NCBI RefSeq assembly: GCF_040938485.1
Contig: NW_027272280.1
Location: forward strand, 248,001-312,000
Source of the DNA: Diadema antillarum
Lineage: Eukaryota
Direction: 5' to 3'
DNA: 64,000 nucleotides
Part shown: piece by piece, positions 63,579-64,000 of the stretch
Layout of the letters: each line of letters opens with the position of its first letter
How positions within the stretch are numbered: position 1 is the first letter of the stretch
Notes under the pieces: generated by a model
What the model saw: the letters and a program-made list of their open reading frames with translations, nothing else
What the model was told of the DNA's origin: nothing
Databases searched by the model: none
Made by a program: the position numbers and the translations under genes

Positions 63579-64000
63579 GTAAGACACATCTGCATAGCAC
63601 AAATGTTTCAGACTGAGATCAAATGTTTGAAAACATATGAACATATTTCAAGAAAGTATGTTTGCTTTCCTTTTCATTGTATTATTATGATTTTTTTTAT
63701 GAAGAAAGTTAACAAGAGTGGGGGGGGGGGGGGGGGGGAGTAAACACCATGCCCCCACCATGGGGCCCTCTCAATGGAGCTGAACATTGCAATGCTGTTT
63801 AGCTCCCTTCTACAGTACTCCAGTATTCTTGGCCCCAGTGTTAATGTCCCAATTCAAAGCACTTCCTCCTCAGTCCTTCAACGGGTACTGAAAGTGCCAG
63901 TACTGCAGTGTCTTGGTTGTTTGCTCCTAAAGTGTATTTGAACTGTATCCTTTTAATTGCTATGTAGAATCAATCCACTCGAACTCAAACTAACATGAAA

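Noticed and set aside
1-64000. CRISPR arrays, rRNA/tRNA genes and prokaryotic operons
   Set aside because: No repeat-spacer arrays or recognisable structural RNA genes seen; the DNA is eukaryotic.

Overview
AT-rich, intron-containing eukaryotic DNA, most likely a marine invertebrate deuterostome (sea-urchin-like; inferred from repeat families and protein similarity). Five spliced host genes: a 5'-truncated GH31 sulfoquinovosidase (YihQ)-like gene (+), CRLS1 (-), GNPNAT1 (+), NDUFAF1 (-) and the first two coding exons of EIF1AD (+). Between CRLS1 and GNPNAT1 lies a ~15 kb nest. A CR1/L2-like LINE is split by an LTR element (GTAC TSD, TGTTG..CAACA ends). The LTR element carries a TatD-nuclease ORF just upstream of its polypurine tract and was itself hit by a Helentron-type HINE and an L1/Tx1 LINE, and that LINE was hit by a full-length antisense L1/Tx1 element. 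There are also many MITEs (Tc1/mariner-, Kolobok-, piggyBac-, Harbinger- and hAT-like), HINEs rich in nuclear-receptor DR1 motifs, and a 757-bp near-perfect palindrome in an EIF1AD intron. Top leads: (1) the LTR element with TatD cargo; (2) an animal sulfoquinovosidase with an intact QQRWY motif and an extra anchor-encoding exon. Coordinates were counted by hand and family assignments were made without database searches.
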